A program made the position numbers and the translations under genes. A stretch of DNA of 64,000 bases from Candidatus Poribacteria bacterium (GTDB lineage: Bacteria; Poribacteria; WGA-4E; PCPOR2b). This document shows positions 30,681-39,800 of the stretch, in pieces (the first letter of the stretch is position 1; each line of letters starts with the position of its first letter). The stretch spans positions 2,016,001-2,080,000 of the forward strand of contig OZ220744.1 in assembly GCA_965116925.1 (NCBI GenBank), given 5' to 3'. A model generated the notes under the pieces. That model was not told the origin of the DNA and searched no databases. It worked only from the letters and a program-made list of their open reading frames with translations.

Positions 30681-32591
30681 TCAGGAAGTTTCTCCCGATA
30701 TACTTCTTACCCGTTTCTGAATGAAATACACAGTCCCAAATAATCCAAGTGCAATTGCGAAAGTATAGATATTATAAATATACGCTAAGAAAGCGGCGAC
30801 CGCGAGGATAATCCACTCGACCCATGTGGTTTTTCGGAGGAAGTACCCCATCGTAACGATAGAAAAGATGAACGTGCCCACCACAGCAGTCACAACCGAC
30901 AGGGCATTCTGCAGTAAGGTGCCGTCAAACAGGATGTGGGTATAAGCGAACAGCAGCGGCATGATATACAGGAACTTAGCGAATTTGAAACACGCCCAGC
31001 CTGTTCTCCACGGATCCGCACGCGCTACTGCAGCCCCAGCATACGCGCCGAGGGCGACAGGTGGTGTGATATTAGAATCTTGACTCAGCCAAAAAACAAT
31101 CAGGTGCGCCGCAATTAAGGAAACTCCCATCTGATCGCTTGTAAGAATCGGAACAGCGAGTTCGGAGGTAATCAGATAGGCGGCGGTAACGGGGATGCCC
31201 ATCCCCAAGATGAGGGATGCACCGGCGAGCAGTAGGATAGCGATTGCACGGCTATCTCCAGCGACAGAGAGGACTAGGTCAGGAAAGATTCTACCAAGTC
31301 CAGTGAGATCGATCACGGCAATAATGATGCCGATGCTGCCAACTGCGCCGCCGATGGCGAGGGAGTTTTTCGCTCCACCGACCATGGCTTCCCAAAGACG
31401 TTTGGGAGTGAGGCGTGTTTCTAGTCGAAGGTAACTGATGCCAATCGTAGTCAGGATAGCGAAGAACGCGGCTTGGGATGCTGTATGCCCCGCAATCAGA
31501 GTGGCAACCAGCACAACTAACGGAATCAAGCAGTACCACTGGCCCTTGAGCAGTGTGCCCAGGTGTGGCAATTCAACTTTAGGCAGCCCTTCAATGCCCT
31601 CCTTTTTTGCCTCAAGGTGTACCATCACCCACACTGAGAAGAAATACAACAGTGCTGGGGTGACGGATAGCAACGCAATATGGCTATAGGGCAGCTCGGT
31701 GCGTTCTGCCATAATAAACGCGCCGGCACCCATCACCGGCGGCAAGAATTGCCCTCCGACCGATGCTGTCGCTTCAACGGCACCAGCGATGTGAGATCGA
31801 AAGCCGGTGCGCTTCATCAACGGAACAGTAAATGCGCCGGTTGCAACCGTGTTTGCGATTGCACTCCCTGCCACCGAACCGAAGAATCCGGAAGCGACGA
31901 CCGCTACTTTCGCGGGACCGCCCACCAGCCGCCCTGCTACGGCCATCGGCAGATCAATGAAAAACTGTCCTACCCCCGATTTTTCCAAGAATGCGCCGAA
32001 GAAGATAAACAGAACAACATACGTCGCCATGACGTTTGCCATGATGCCGAAGATACCCGCCTGGCTGAAAAAACTGTATTCAAAAATCCGGCGTAACGGG
32101 AATCCTTTGTGGGCGATGACAGACGGCATTGATTGACCAAATAGGGCGTACATAATCCCGACCGCCGCGATTATGGTCAGGGCCCAACCGACTGTCCGCC
32201 GGCTATACTCAAGGCTCAAAATCACCGCCACCGCCCCAACGCATACATCGAGTTGGCTGTATGCTCCCGCCCGATCTGCAAGCGTTTTGTACTCGACAAT
32301 CCAGTATCCAATCACGAAGATGGTTAAACAAACTAGTATCAAGTCGGTTACCGACGGACGAGATTCAGGTGAGCTACGCCTGAACTGATGGAACATACCG
32401 GTCAAAACGAATGTGAGGAGCAAGTACAATCCGACGTGATACTGCTCACCCGATGTTCCGAAACCTGCACCGTAGATGTAAAAGCACACAAAGCCGACAG
32501 CTATAATCTCAAAGATCCACTTCCATATACCTTTCAGATCCCGACCCGAGCGTTCAAATTTCTGCAACGGTTGCGTTTCTATGTTTGCCAT
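30681..32591 (-). CDS. TRAP transporter fused 4TM/12TM permease
   Basis: GGPAKVAV, GSAIANT, GGQFLPPVMGAGAF, GMGIP, SNITPPV. Confidence 0.92.
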   Translation of the reverse strand: MANIETQPLQKFERSGRDLKGIWKWIFEIIAVGFVCFYIYGAGFGTSGEQYHVGLYLLLTFVLTGMFHQFRRSSPESRPSVTDLILVCLTIFVIGYWIVEYKTLADRAGAYSQLDVCVGAVAVILSLEYSRRTVGWALTIIAAVGIMYALFGQSMPSVIAHKGFPLRRIFEYSFFSQAGIFGIMANVMATYVVLFIFFGAFLEKSGVGQFFIDLPMAVAGRLVGGPAKVAVVASGFFGSVAGSAIANTVATGAFTVPLMKRTGFRSHIAGAVEATASVGGQFLPPVMGAGAFIMAERTELPYSHIALLSVTPALLYFFSVWVMVHLEAKKEGIEGLPKVELPHLGTLLKGQWYCLIPLVVLVATLIAGHTASQAAFFAILTTIGISYLRLETRLTPKRLWEAMVGGAKNSLAIGGAVGSIGIIIAVIDLTGLGRIFPDLVLSVAGDSRAIAILLLAGASLILGMGIPVTAAYLITSELAVPILTSDQMGVSLIAAHLIVFWLSQDSNITPPVALGAYAGAAVARADPWRTGWACFKFAKFLYIMPLLFAYTHILFDGTLLQNALSVVTAVVGTFIFSIVTMGYFLRKTTWVEWIILAVAAFLAYIYNIYTFAIALGLFGTVYFIQKRVRSISGETS

Positions 32592-32646
32592 CTCCTTCCA
32601 TGCCTCTCAAACCGACAAGTGCAAAAATTTGCATTACATAACGCTA

Positions 32647-33552
32647 TCACGATGTACGCCGCCGTAATTCAGCTTCAAGTCGGCGAATCCGCTCCTCCGC
32701 CTCAACGCGGGCTCGGGCTTCTTCGGCGGCGTGGTTTTCTGCCTCAACACGGGCTTGGGCCTCTTCGGCGGCGTGATTTTCTGCCTCAACGCGGGCTCGG
32801 ACTTCTTCGGCAGCGTGGTTTTCTGCCTCAACACGGGCTTGGGCCTCTTCGGCAGCACGAGCCGATACATCAACATAGTTTTGTATCAGATTACCCGTTT
32901 CATCATAACAAACAAGATTTTCGTCCTCCAAGCTCAACCAGATGTTGACGGGTTCAATCCAGAGCCAGCCATCCGCATTGGGACTCAACTCCTCATAGCC
33001 ATCCGGTGTCAGACGGTATCCCACCAACGCTCGCTCCATTACCCCCTGTCGCTCAAATCGATCCACGATGATGTAATTCAGTACGCCGACCCGTGCATAG
33101 TGGTCAACCTTCGTAACAACATCAGTTGAGCGGGTTGAAGGCGAGACGATTTCGATAATCAGGCTTGGCTTGGTTTCCTCATCTTCCTCTGAAAAGGTAC
33201 TCCAATTGATATGCCGACGGAGGTTAAAAATCACCGAAATATCAGGTCCATGCGCTCTTAGATCGGGTAGTGCCCACGCTACACGTACATCGTGCAAGAC
33301 TACAGCGTTCGGCTCATCCACAATCCGGGCTGACAATACATTGTAGAGATAGTTACAAAATCGTTCATGTTCTTCGTCGTGCATTCGGTAATCTCCCACC
33401 TGTGGGTGAAGGATATCCTCAAGTGTTAGAGGCGTCCGTTCTAGGACCTCTGTTCCGTCTGCCAAAGTCCGCATTGCTTCACGCCACCCGTAGGGATAGG
33501 GGTCTTTCTTATCAAGAATTTCTCCGTTGGTTGGAATGGTTACTATTTTCAT
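32647..33552 (-). CDS. Uma2 family PD-(D/E)XK endonuclease with C-terminal coiled-coil repeat
   Basis: GPDISV, IIEIVSPST, KVDHYARVGV; tail of AAEEAQARVEAENH units. Confidence 0.85.
   Translation of the reverse strand: MKIVTIPTNGEILDKKDPYPYGWREAMRTLADGTEVLERTPLTLEDILHPQVGDYRMHDEEHERFCNYLYNVLSARIVDEPNAVVLHDVRVAWALPDLRAHGPDISVIFNLRRHINWSTFSEEDEETKPSLIIEIVSPSTRSTDVVTKVDHYARVGVLNYIIVDRFERQGVMERALVGYRLTPDGYEELSPNADGWLWIEPVNIWLSLEDENLVCYDETGNLIQNYVDVSARAAEEAQARVEAENHAAEEVRARVEAENHAAEEAQARVEAENHAAEEARARVEAEERIRRLEAELRRRTS
32699..32856. repeat. 42-bp coding tandem repeat, about 3.8 copies, alternating A/B units
   Basis: GCCTCAAC unit starts at 32699, 32741, 32783 and 32825. Confidence 0.9.
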
Positions 33553-33593
33553 GGCGATCTCCTTCCCTTAGTGGGTAATAACTCACAAGTCCG

Positions 33594-35165
33594 TTAGCGA
33601 TAATAAATCGCAACTGTTACGTCCTTCAGTATTAACGGTTCACGCCTTATCGGTTGGGGGTTGACCTGTCGAATTTCTAGTTCGTTGATTCCTTTTGTCA
33701 GGGGTGGGCTGCCGATGTCGAATTCGATAGTGCCACCGGGGATTGACACCTTTTGGGTTCGAGATGGGTATCGGTTCCAGCCCTGTTCATACTCTGTGCG
33801 GGTCCTGTTGTCTGAGACAGCCACGCCGGTGTTCCAAGAAATCAATCCTCCGTTCAGTCGTATTTCAAACGTATCTGCAGCGGTTAGCCCCTCAAATCCT
33901 AGACCGAGTGTACATCGATTCAAAGCACTATCAGAAGTTGCCGATTCTAGGTCGTCAGCGATATCTAGCTGGAGGCTCACACCGCGGTCATAGAAGGTCT
34001 GATTAAACTGAACGGGAAGTTGTGCCGCAGGAATGGCGTTAAGGAAGGAATAGCCAAGTTGAGAGGTCGGTTGATGTCGATTGGAGTGATCTAACTCGTA
34101 GCACTTGTTTAACCGTTGTAGTGCTGCGGGATCAGCCAGTTGATTCAAGACATTTCGCTTCCAGTCGTTGGACATGCTATAGTAGTTAAAAAAGTAGATG
34201 CCATCTACGCCAGCCTCCCAGTACCGGAGCGCGAGTGCCTTCAGCGACTCTTCGTTCAGTAATGGTCTTAGCCCCTCAAAACAACCGTAGATTTTGCAAC
34301 CGGTTCCCTGGGCGGTTTCAACCCATTCCCGAATGGGCATCTCAAACGGGATGAATCCGCCACCTGCGATGAGCATGTCAACCATGCCCTCTTTTATCCA
34401 CACCTCGGTGTCGAGTCCGATTCTTTTAGAATCTGCCAGCGTCGGCGGCACACGCACAGCGAGATTGAGCGGCTTCCCCTTTTCTTGACTGACTTCGTCT
34501 AACTTGGTCCGAACACCGTGTACAAAGTCTGTCATTAGGTATCGGTACTGGTATGCCTCTGCGACGCGGAAGAAGGCGGGATGGCGCATAAAGTCCAGTT
34601 CAATGCCATCAATGTCGAAGCGTTCAATTAGCTCAAAGATAATCCGTGACATGTGGGTGCGCACTTCTGGAAATGCGTAGTTTAATCCAGTCCGTATGCC
34701 CCATTCGAGGCTTCCGTGCGGTATCGATTCTCCGGGGCGGCCGATGCACAGTTCCGGGTGATCACGGCGAAGGCGTCCGTAATTCGGAGCTGATTCCTCC
34801 ATGTCGTAATGCTCGTTCATTCTAACGGACGGGAAAAACGCCATACCCGCCTCATGGCACAGCTGCGAAATTACCGTCACCGGACCACCGTGTGCCCTAA
34901 TCATTTGGCGCAGATTTTCAGTCTTCCGCTGTTGCCCGGCGTCAAGGTCTTCATACCCGTCGCCGAATCGTTCTCCAACTTCGGTTTCGTAGTCGTAGAC
35001 TTCGTGCCCACCGATAGACCAGAGAAAAACATCAACCGGCGATCCAGCATAGGGGGCAATCATTTTGTCGCGCATATCGTCCGGGGTCAGTGGCGGCCCG
35101 TAGGTGCCCATTATCCAACCATCATCATTGCTGAGCACCCGCCAATACCTCTGGGAGGTTGTCAT
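33594..35165 (-). CDS. Glycoside hydrolase-like 10 (DUF187-type) protein
   Basis: FPSVRMNE, LNYAFPEVR, DGIELDFMRHP, GIYFFN. Confidence 0.7.
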   Translation of the reverse strand: MTTSQRYWRVLSNDDGWIMGTYGPPLTPDDMRDKMIAPYAGSPVDVFLWSIGGHEVYDYETEVGERFGDGYEDLDAGQQRKTENLRQMIRAHGGPVTVISQLCHEAGMAFFPSVRMNEHYDMEESAPNYGRLRRDHPELCIGRPGESIPHGSLEWGIRTGLNYAFPEVRTHMSRIIFELIERFDIDGIELDFMRHPAFFRVAEAYQYRYLMTDFVHGVRTKLDEVSQEKGKPLNLAVRVPPTLADSKRIGLDTEVWIKEGMVDMLIAGGGFIPFEMPIREWVETAQGTGCKIYGCFEGLRPLLNEESLKALALRYWEAGVDGIYFFNYYSMSNDWKRNVLNQLADPAALQRLNKCYELDHSNRHQPTSQLGYSFLNAIPAAQLPVQFNQTFYDRGVSLQLDIADDLESATSDSALNRCTLGLGFEGLTAADTFEIRLNGGLISWNTGVAVSDNRTRTEYEQGWNRYPSRTQKVSIPGGTIEFDIGSPPLTKGINELEIRQVNPQPIRREPLILKDVTVAIYYR

Positions 35166-35433
35166 GTGAGGGTCTCCTTGAACGGCAATTCTTGTGCTTC
35201 TCTGTCCTTTAGAAATAAGATCGAGCGTTGGTCAATTATAACACGCGCTTAGTATTCCATCCATGAAAAAATGGGGATTCAACGAGAGGATGATGTATTT
35301 GCGAACCGCTTGGGGAAAGATTGAACATGGGGTGCTGATTGTGATATACTCATTGTTGTTGTGGAAGATCTGAAGTTATTCGGGAACCGTGAGTTAGATG
35401 AAGTTGGTTCGCACCTTCTTGTGAAACTACCGA

Positions 35434-35514
35434 GCCTACCAAACGGAAGATCGGTAGGTGTGGTTTGCAACCGCGCCGGCTTTGAAGTGTCTAAATAATT
35501 CTAAGATCTACTAT
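35434..35514 (+). mobile_element. Partial family A MITE (right end plus REP remnants)
   Basis: CCTACCAAACGGAAGATCGGTAGGTGTGG...AATTCTAAGATCTACTAT; left end not found. Confidence 0.6.
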
Positions 35515-35562
35515 TAGTATGTTACGCACTATATTTTTCGTTGATGGGAGAGTGAATAGATA

Positions 35563-37818
35563 ATGATGAAACCGTTTATGGAAACCTTGCCTCCTGAAGT
35601 AGATGTTAAACTGCAACGGATAAAACCGCCGGAGGAACAGGTCCTTTTCCAAGTCACTACAGATCTCATCAACGAGCAATCATTTGGAGAAAAATGGCTG
35701 ATTGCCACGGATCAACACTTGTTGTTTATACCAACTGAGAGTGTAGATGGCACTGTGGAAGTTCCGCTTTCAGCGGTGCAGGAAGCTAGAACAGAAGAAC
35801 TCGTTGGGGGAGGATGTCTCGCGGTAGAACGGAAGGAAGGGGAGCCGGTCTATCTACACTATTCTAGTTCATTGGCACCCAAGTTTGCTGAGATCGCCGC
35901 AGGTATTCAGCAGCTCTCCAAAGGGGAAACGCTCGAATTGCCTACAGAGATGGAGCGCACACGGTGTGAAAAGTGTGGACGTCTGCTCGCCGAGAAGGAT
36001 GGCAGATGTATTAGCTGTGCGAAGAAGCGGGACACATTCCGGCGGATTGTCAGCTACGTTAGACCTTATCGCTTTCAACTTGTACTCGTTTTTGTAATCA
36101 CGACAGTCGCTGCACTGATCGAGTTACTACCACCCCTTATCACACAGCGCATTATTGACGATGTTCTTACGCCGAAATCAAATTTTGGGCTTTTGGTCTG
36201 GCTTGCATTGGCACTTTTGGGGATTCGTCTATTGCTATGGCTATCCCAAGTGGGCCGTACAGCGATAAGTAGTTGGCTAGGGTTTCGAGCAGCGGAAGAC
36301 ATTCGCACTGAACTCTATCGTGTATTACAGTTCACACCTCTGAGATTTTACGATAAGCGAAAAGTCGGGAACCTCATCTCTCGAATGACTAACGATGCAG
36401 AACTTCTGGAGGAATACCTAATCTACGACCTGCCTTTCATCCTATCAAATGTGCTGCTGCTACTTGGCATCTTGACGTTGCTGTTATATAAAAGCTGGAT
36501 TCTCACTATATATGTGCTGCTGCCTGTGCCGCTGATTGTCTTGGGTGGAGCACTAATCTGGAATCGTATGGAGCGTTACTGGCGTCGTTGGTCTGTTAAA
36601 TGGGGACGGTTTTCAGCCCATTTGAACGAGTCAATCACCGGCATCCGATTGGTCAAAGCTTTTGCTCAAGAGAAACGAGAAGGGGCTCGTTTTAATCGCC
36701 GGAATGACGAACTGCGGCAGGTGAGCGTAAGTGCAGACCGGGCGTGGTTTGTGTTTTTCACGGTGATGAACTTTCTAATGAGTTTCGGCGTGTTCTTTAT
36801 CTGGTACTTTGGCGGACGACAGATCCTCGTCGGAGAATTGACACTCGGTGAATTGACAGCGTTTATCAGTTACCTCTGGATGCTCTACCGCCCCCTCAGG
36901 TGGCTTGGTGACTTCTACAACTTTATGATCCGTGCCTATGCGGGTGCAGAGCGAATCTTTGAGGTGATGGACACTCCTGTTGAGCCGTTCAACGCTCCGG
37001 AGGCGAAGGCTATGCCCCAACTCGAAGGACGGATAGCCTTCAAAGATGTTACATTTGGTTACGATCCGGGCAAGCCAGTGCTTAGGGGGATTAACCTTGA
37101 GATAACACCCGGTGAAATGGTTGGCTTGGTGGGTAAATCGGGGGTCGGCAAAAGCACTTTCATCAACCTAATCTGTCGATTTTACGATGTCGATCGGGGG
37201 TGTTTAGATGTTGACGGTGAAGATAGTCGGGACATCCGACTTGAAGATTTGCGTGGGCAGATCGGGATGGTCCATCAGGAACCGACGCTGTTTAATGTTA
37301 CGATTGCTGAAAATATCCGCTACGGCAAACCGGACGCAACATTTGCTGAGGTGATTCGTGCGGCAATAGCAGCAGAAGCGCATGATTTCATCGTTGCCAA
37401 GCCAGACGGTTATGACACAAAGGTTGGCGAACGTGGTGGGAAACTCTCCGGTGGGGAAAAGCAGCGTATCGCCATTGCACGCGCCATTCTGCATGATCCC
37501 AAAATTCTCATCCTTGATGAAGCGACCTCCTCGCTTGACACACCGACTGAGAAAAAGATTCAGATAGCGATTGCGCGACTGGTCAAAGGACGCACCACCT
37601 TTGCGATTGCCCACCGGCTCTCAACTCTACGGAACGCAGACCGGCTGGTTGTCTTGGATGATGGCAAAATTGCTGAGGTTGGTACACATGCGGAGTTGAT
37701 GGCACGGAAAGGTATTTTCTACCACCTCGTTCATACGCAGCAGACAACGACAGCAATTATGGCAGTTGGTGGTGGGAAGCACGATTCAGAAGATAACTCG
37801 GAAGACGATGATGAATAG
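35563..37818 (+). CDS. ABC exporter (permease + ATPase) with N-terminal PH-like and CxxC extension
   Basis: GKSGVGKS, LSGGEKQR, LILDEATS; CEKC...CISC. Confidence 0.93.
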   Translation: MMKPFMETLPPEVDVKLQRIKPPEEQVLFQVTTDLINEQSFGEKWLIATDQHLLFIPTESVDGTVEVPLSAVQEARTEELVGGGCLAVERKEGEPVYLHYSSSLAPKFAEIAAGIQQLSKGETLELPTEMERTRCEKCGRLLAEKDGRCISCAKKRDTFRRIVSYVRPYRFQLVLVFVITTVAALIELLPPLITQRIIDDVLTPKSNFGLLVWLALALLGIRLLLWLSQVGRTAISSWLGFRAAEDIRTELYRVLQFTPLRFYDKRKVGNLISRMTNDAELLEEYLIYDLPFILSNVLLLLGILTLLLYKSWILTIYVLLPVPLIVLGGALIWNRMERYWRRWSVKWGRFSAHLNESITGIRLVKAFAQEKREGARFNRRNDELRQVSVSADRAWFVFFTVMNFLMSFGVFFIWYFGGRQILVGELTLGELTAFISYLWMLYRPLRWLGDFYNFMIRAYAGAERIFEVMDTPVEPFNAPEAKAMPQLEGRIAFKDVTFGYDPGKPVLRGINLEITPGEMVGLVGKSGVGKSTFINLICRFYDVDRGCLDVDGEDSRDIRLEDLRGQIGMVHQEPTLFNVTIAENIRYGKPDATFAEVIRAAIAAEAHDFIVAKPDGYDTKVGERGGKLSGGEKQRIAIARAILHDPKILILDEATSSLDTPTEKKIQIAIARLVKGRTTFAIAHRLSTLRNADRLVVLDDGKIAEVGTHAELMARKGIFYHLVHTQQTTTAIMAVGGGKHDSEDNSEDDDE

Positions 37819-37838
37819 CGTCATCGTGTGAAAGCCAT

Positions 37839-37868
37839 TTGACTTTTCTATAGAGCACTCAGTATAAT
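37839..37868 (+). promoter_or_regulatory. Candidate promoter for the DUF1854 gene
   Basis: TTGACT-18 bp-TATAAT. Confidence 0.5.
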
Positions 37869-37898
37869 GTGAATTCTTACTTCCCTACCGGAGCACAC

Positions 37899-38006
37899 TA
37901 TAGTAGATTTTAGAATTAATGAGACACTCCAAATCGGCGCAGTTGCAAACAGCACCTACCAAACATGGGGAACGAGAGTGTTCATTTATTTGTTGAATTC
38001 ACTATA
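37899..38006 (-). mobile_element. Family A MITE (108 bp), inverted orientation
   Basis: TATAGTAGATTTTAGAATTAA...TTGTTGAATTCACTATA; close to the reverse complement of the 27847 copy. Confidence 0.82.
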
Positions 38007-38080
38007 AAATGGATAACATCACCTATCGCACAATTTTTGACGGCTCACTGAGTGATAGATATATTTGGATAACAACTTAG

Positions 38081-38674
38081 GTGACTACACTGGAGAATGT
38101 AATGGCATCTGAAGCGGAAAAAATTGAAACACCCACGGAGAGTGGAAAAGCAAAAACGGAGAGGACAATCACTCCCATTCAGGTAACCCATCCGGAACAT
38201 GTTGAGCCTGAAACGATTCGCCTATTCCGGGAACCGCCGTGGGTATTGCGGTTGACTATTGAGGGCGATCGTTCCTACCTCAAGGTTCGAGTGGTGTGCG
38301 CGGCCCCATTATCTCAACCCGATCGATACATCTGCTTTCTTGACGAAAAGAATGAGGTAATCTGTACAGTCGAAGATCCGATTGATTTAGACGAGGCATC
38401 TCAGCGGCTGATCAAAGAAGAGCTTGAGCAACGGTATATGACCGCCATTATCAAGCGGGTGGATTCGCTCAAGAGTGAGTTTGGTGTGTCCTATTGGGAG
38501 GTCCAGACTGACCGAGGGGACAGAGAGTTTGTCGTGCGAAATGTATCTGAGAACGCACAGTGGATTACAGACCGCCGGCTGCTGTTGCTTGATGTGGATG
38601 GCAACCGTTTTGAGATCTCCAACTTAGAGGTTCTCGATAAAAAAAGCCGCGGACTAATCGAAATGGTGCTCTAG
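38081..38674 (+). CDS. DUF1854 domain protein
   Basis: PLSQPDRYI, WEVQTDRG, DVDGNRF; usual partner of this ABC exporter type. Start uncertain. Confidence 0.8.
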   Translation: MTTLENVMASEAEKIETPTESGKAKTERTITPIQVTHPEHVEPETIRLFREPPWVLRLTIEGDRSYLKVRVVCAAPLSQPDRYICFLDEKNEVICTVEDPIDLDEASQRLIKEELEQRYMTAIIKRVDSLKSEFGVSYWEVQTDRGDREFVVRNVSENAQWITDRRLLLLDVDGNRFEISNLEVLDKKSRGLIEMVL

Positions 38675-38852
38675 TGATGAAAGTTCCGGAGAATCTTCAA
38701 CGAGTCCTATCCTTCGTATATTAACGCAAGTGGCTAGTACCATGGAGGGACCGAGTTTTTCACTCTCAGATTGTCTGATTTGGGCAAAATCAGTTGCATC
38801 TTTTCGCTAACCTATATTTTCTTTTTTCTAAGGGAATAACTGCATAGGAGAA

Positions 38853-39653
38853 TTGCTTTTCATGTATTTACCTGAAAACGATAAACTGTGTATGAAGACG
38901 GCACCTAGCCCCCCGGAAAACATGATACTGATACCTACTGGCAGGTTTGAGATGGGAAGCAACGATACTGAGCCTTTTTACGAGCAGCTTGTGCATACGG
39001 TGCATGTGGATGCGTTCTATATGGACACATATCCCGTGACAAATGTTGAATATCAGCAGTTCCTGATTGAAAATCCCGGTTGGCAGAAAGATCAGATTGA
39101 GGATGAGTTTCACGATGGTGACTACCTGTTGAATTGGGATGGTAATAACTATCCAGTGGGGAAGGCTAGCCATCCCGTTACTTGGGTGAGTTGGTATAGT
39201 GCGATGGCCTATGCTATGTGGGCGGGAAAGCGTTTGCCGACGGAAGCAGAATGGGAATACGCTGCACGCGGCGGGCTATCCGGCAAAAAGTACCCGTGGG
39301 GCGATTTGCTATCTAATGCGAAAGCGAACTACGACAGAAATGTTGGAGATACGACGGTGGTTGGTAAGTATCCCGCGAACGAATATGGTCTGTATGATAT
39401 GTCCGGGAATGTTTGGGAGTGGTGTCTTGATCTTTATGATGATGACTTTTACTTCACATCGCCTCGCAAGAATCCACGTTCAGGCACGAATGAACCAGAG
39501 TGGATCATAAACAACTTCATCGATATTACAGCTGAGCGTGTGTTGCGCGGCGGTGGTTGGAGTGCTTCACCACAAGGTCTCTGCGTCGCCCATCGCCTCA
39601 GGATTTTACCCATGAACACAACCTATGACTACGGTTTCCGTTGTGTGCATTGA
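38853..39653 (+). CDS. Formylglycine-generating enzyme (SUMF1/FGE-sulfatase) family protein
   Basis: FEMGS, RLPTEAEWEYAARGG, GLYDMSGNVWEW, RGGGW, GFRCV. Stop codon supplied by the tnpB element end. Start uncertain. Confidence 0.9.
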   Translation: MLFMYLPENDKLCMKTAPSPPENMILIPTGRFEMGSNDTEPFYEQLVHTVHVDAFYMDTYPVTNVEYQQFLIENPGWQKDQIEDEFHDGDYLLNWDGNNYPVGKASHPVTWVSWYSAMAYAMWAGKRLPTEAEWEYAARGGLSGKKYPWGDLLSNAKANYDRNVGDTTVVGKYPANEYGLYDMSGNVWEWCLDLYDDDFYFTSPRKNPRSGTNEPEWIINNFIDITAERVLRGGGWSASPQGLCVAHRLRILPMNTTYDYGFRCVH

Positions 39654-39800
39654 CATACTCCCACACCCTAAAGGGTGGGGATTCTCGCCCGTTCCCAATA
39701 GGCTGTCGAATTGCTCTATCAACGAAGTTAGCCCGATGAACTGGGACTTACGACCTCTTCTGAGAGGGTAGATGCCCCTACCCTATGGATATTGATCGCC
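39650..39800 (-). ncRNA. Predicted TnpB omega/reRNA scaffold (5' limit approximate)
   Basis: Position at the tnpB 3' end and right end, as established for TnpB; terminal hairpin visible. Confidence 0.55.

Noticed and set aside
32699..32856. Possible CRISPR array
   Set aside because: Contiguous coding repeats with no unique spacers; no cas genes in the window.
32388..32948. Plus-strand ORF with PQRGLGLLRRRGFL repeats
   Set aside because: Antisense shadow of the Uma2 42-bp repeat; it overlaps two real minus-strand genes.
35260..35430. Possible nucleotidyltransferase fragment (ADCDILIVV)
   Set aside because: Too short and lacks the upstream GS motif; may be chance.
38853..39653. FGE-domain gene as a diversity-generating retroelement target
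   Set aside because: No template repeat, reverse transcriptase or avd gene visible in the window.
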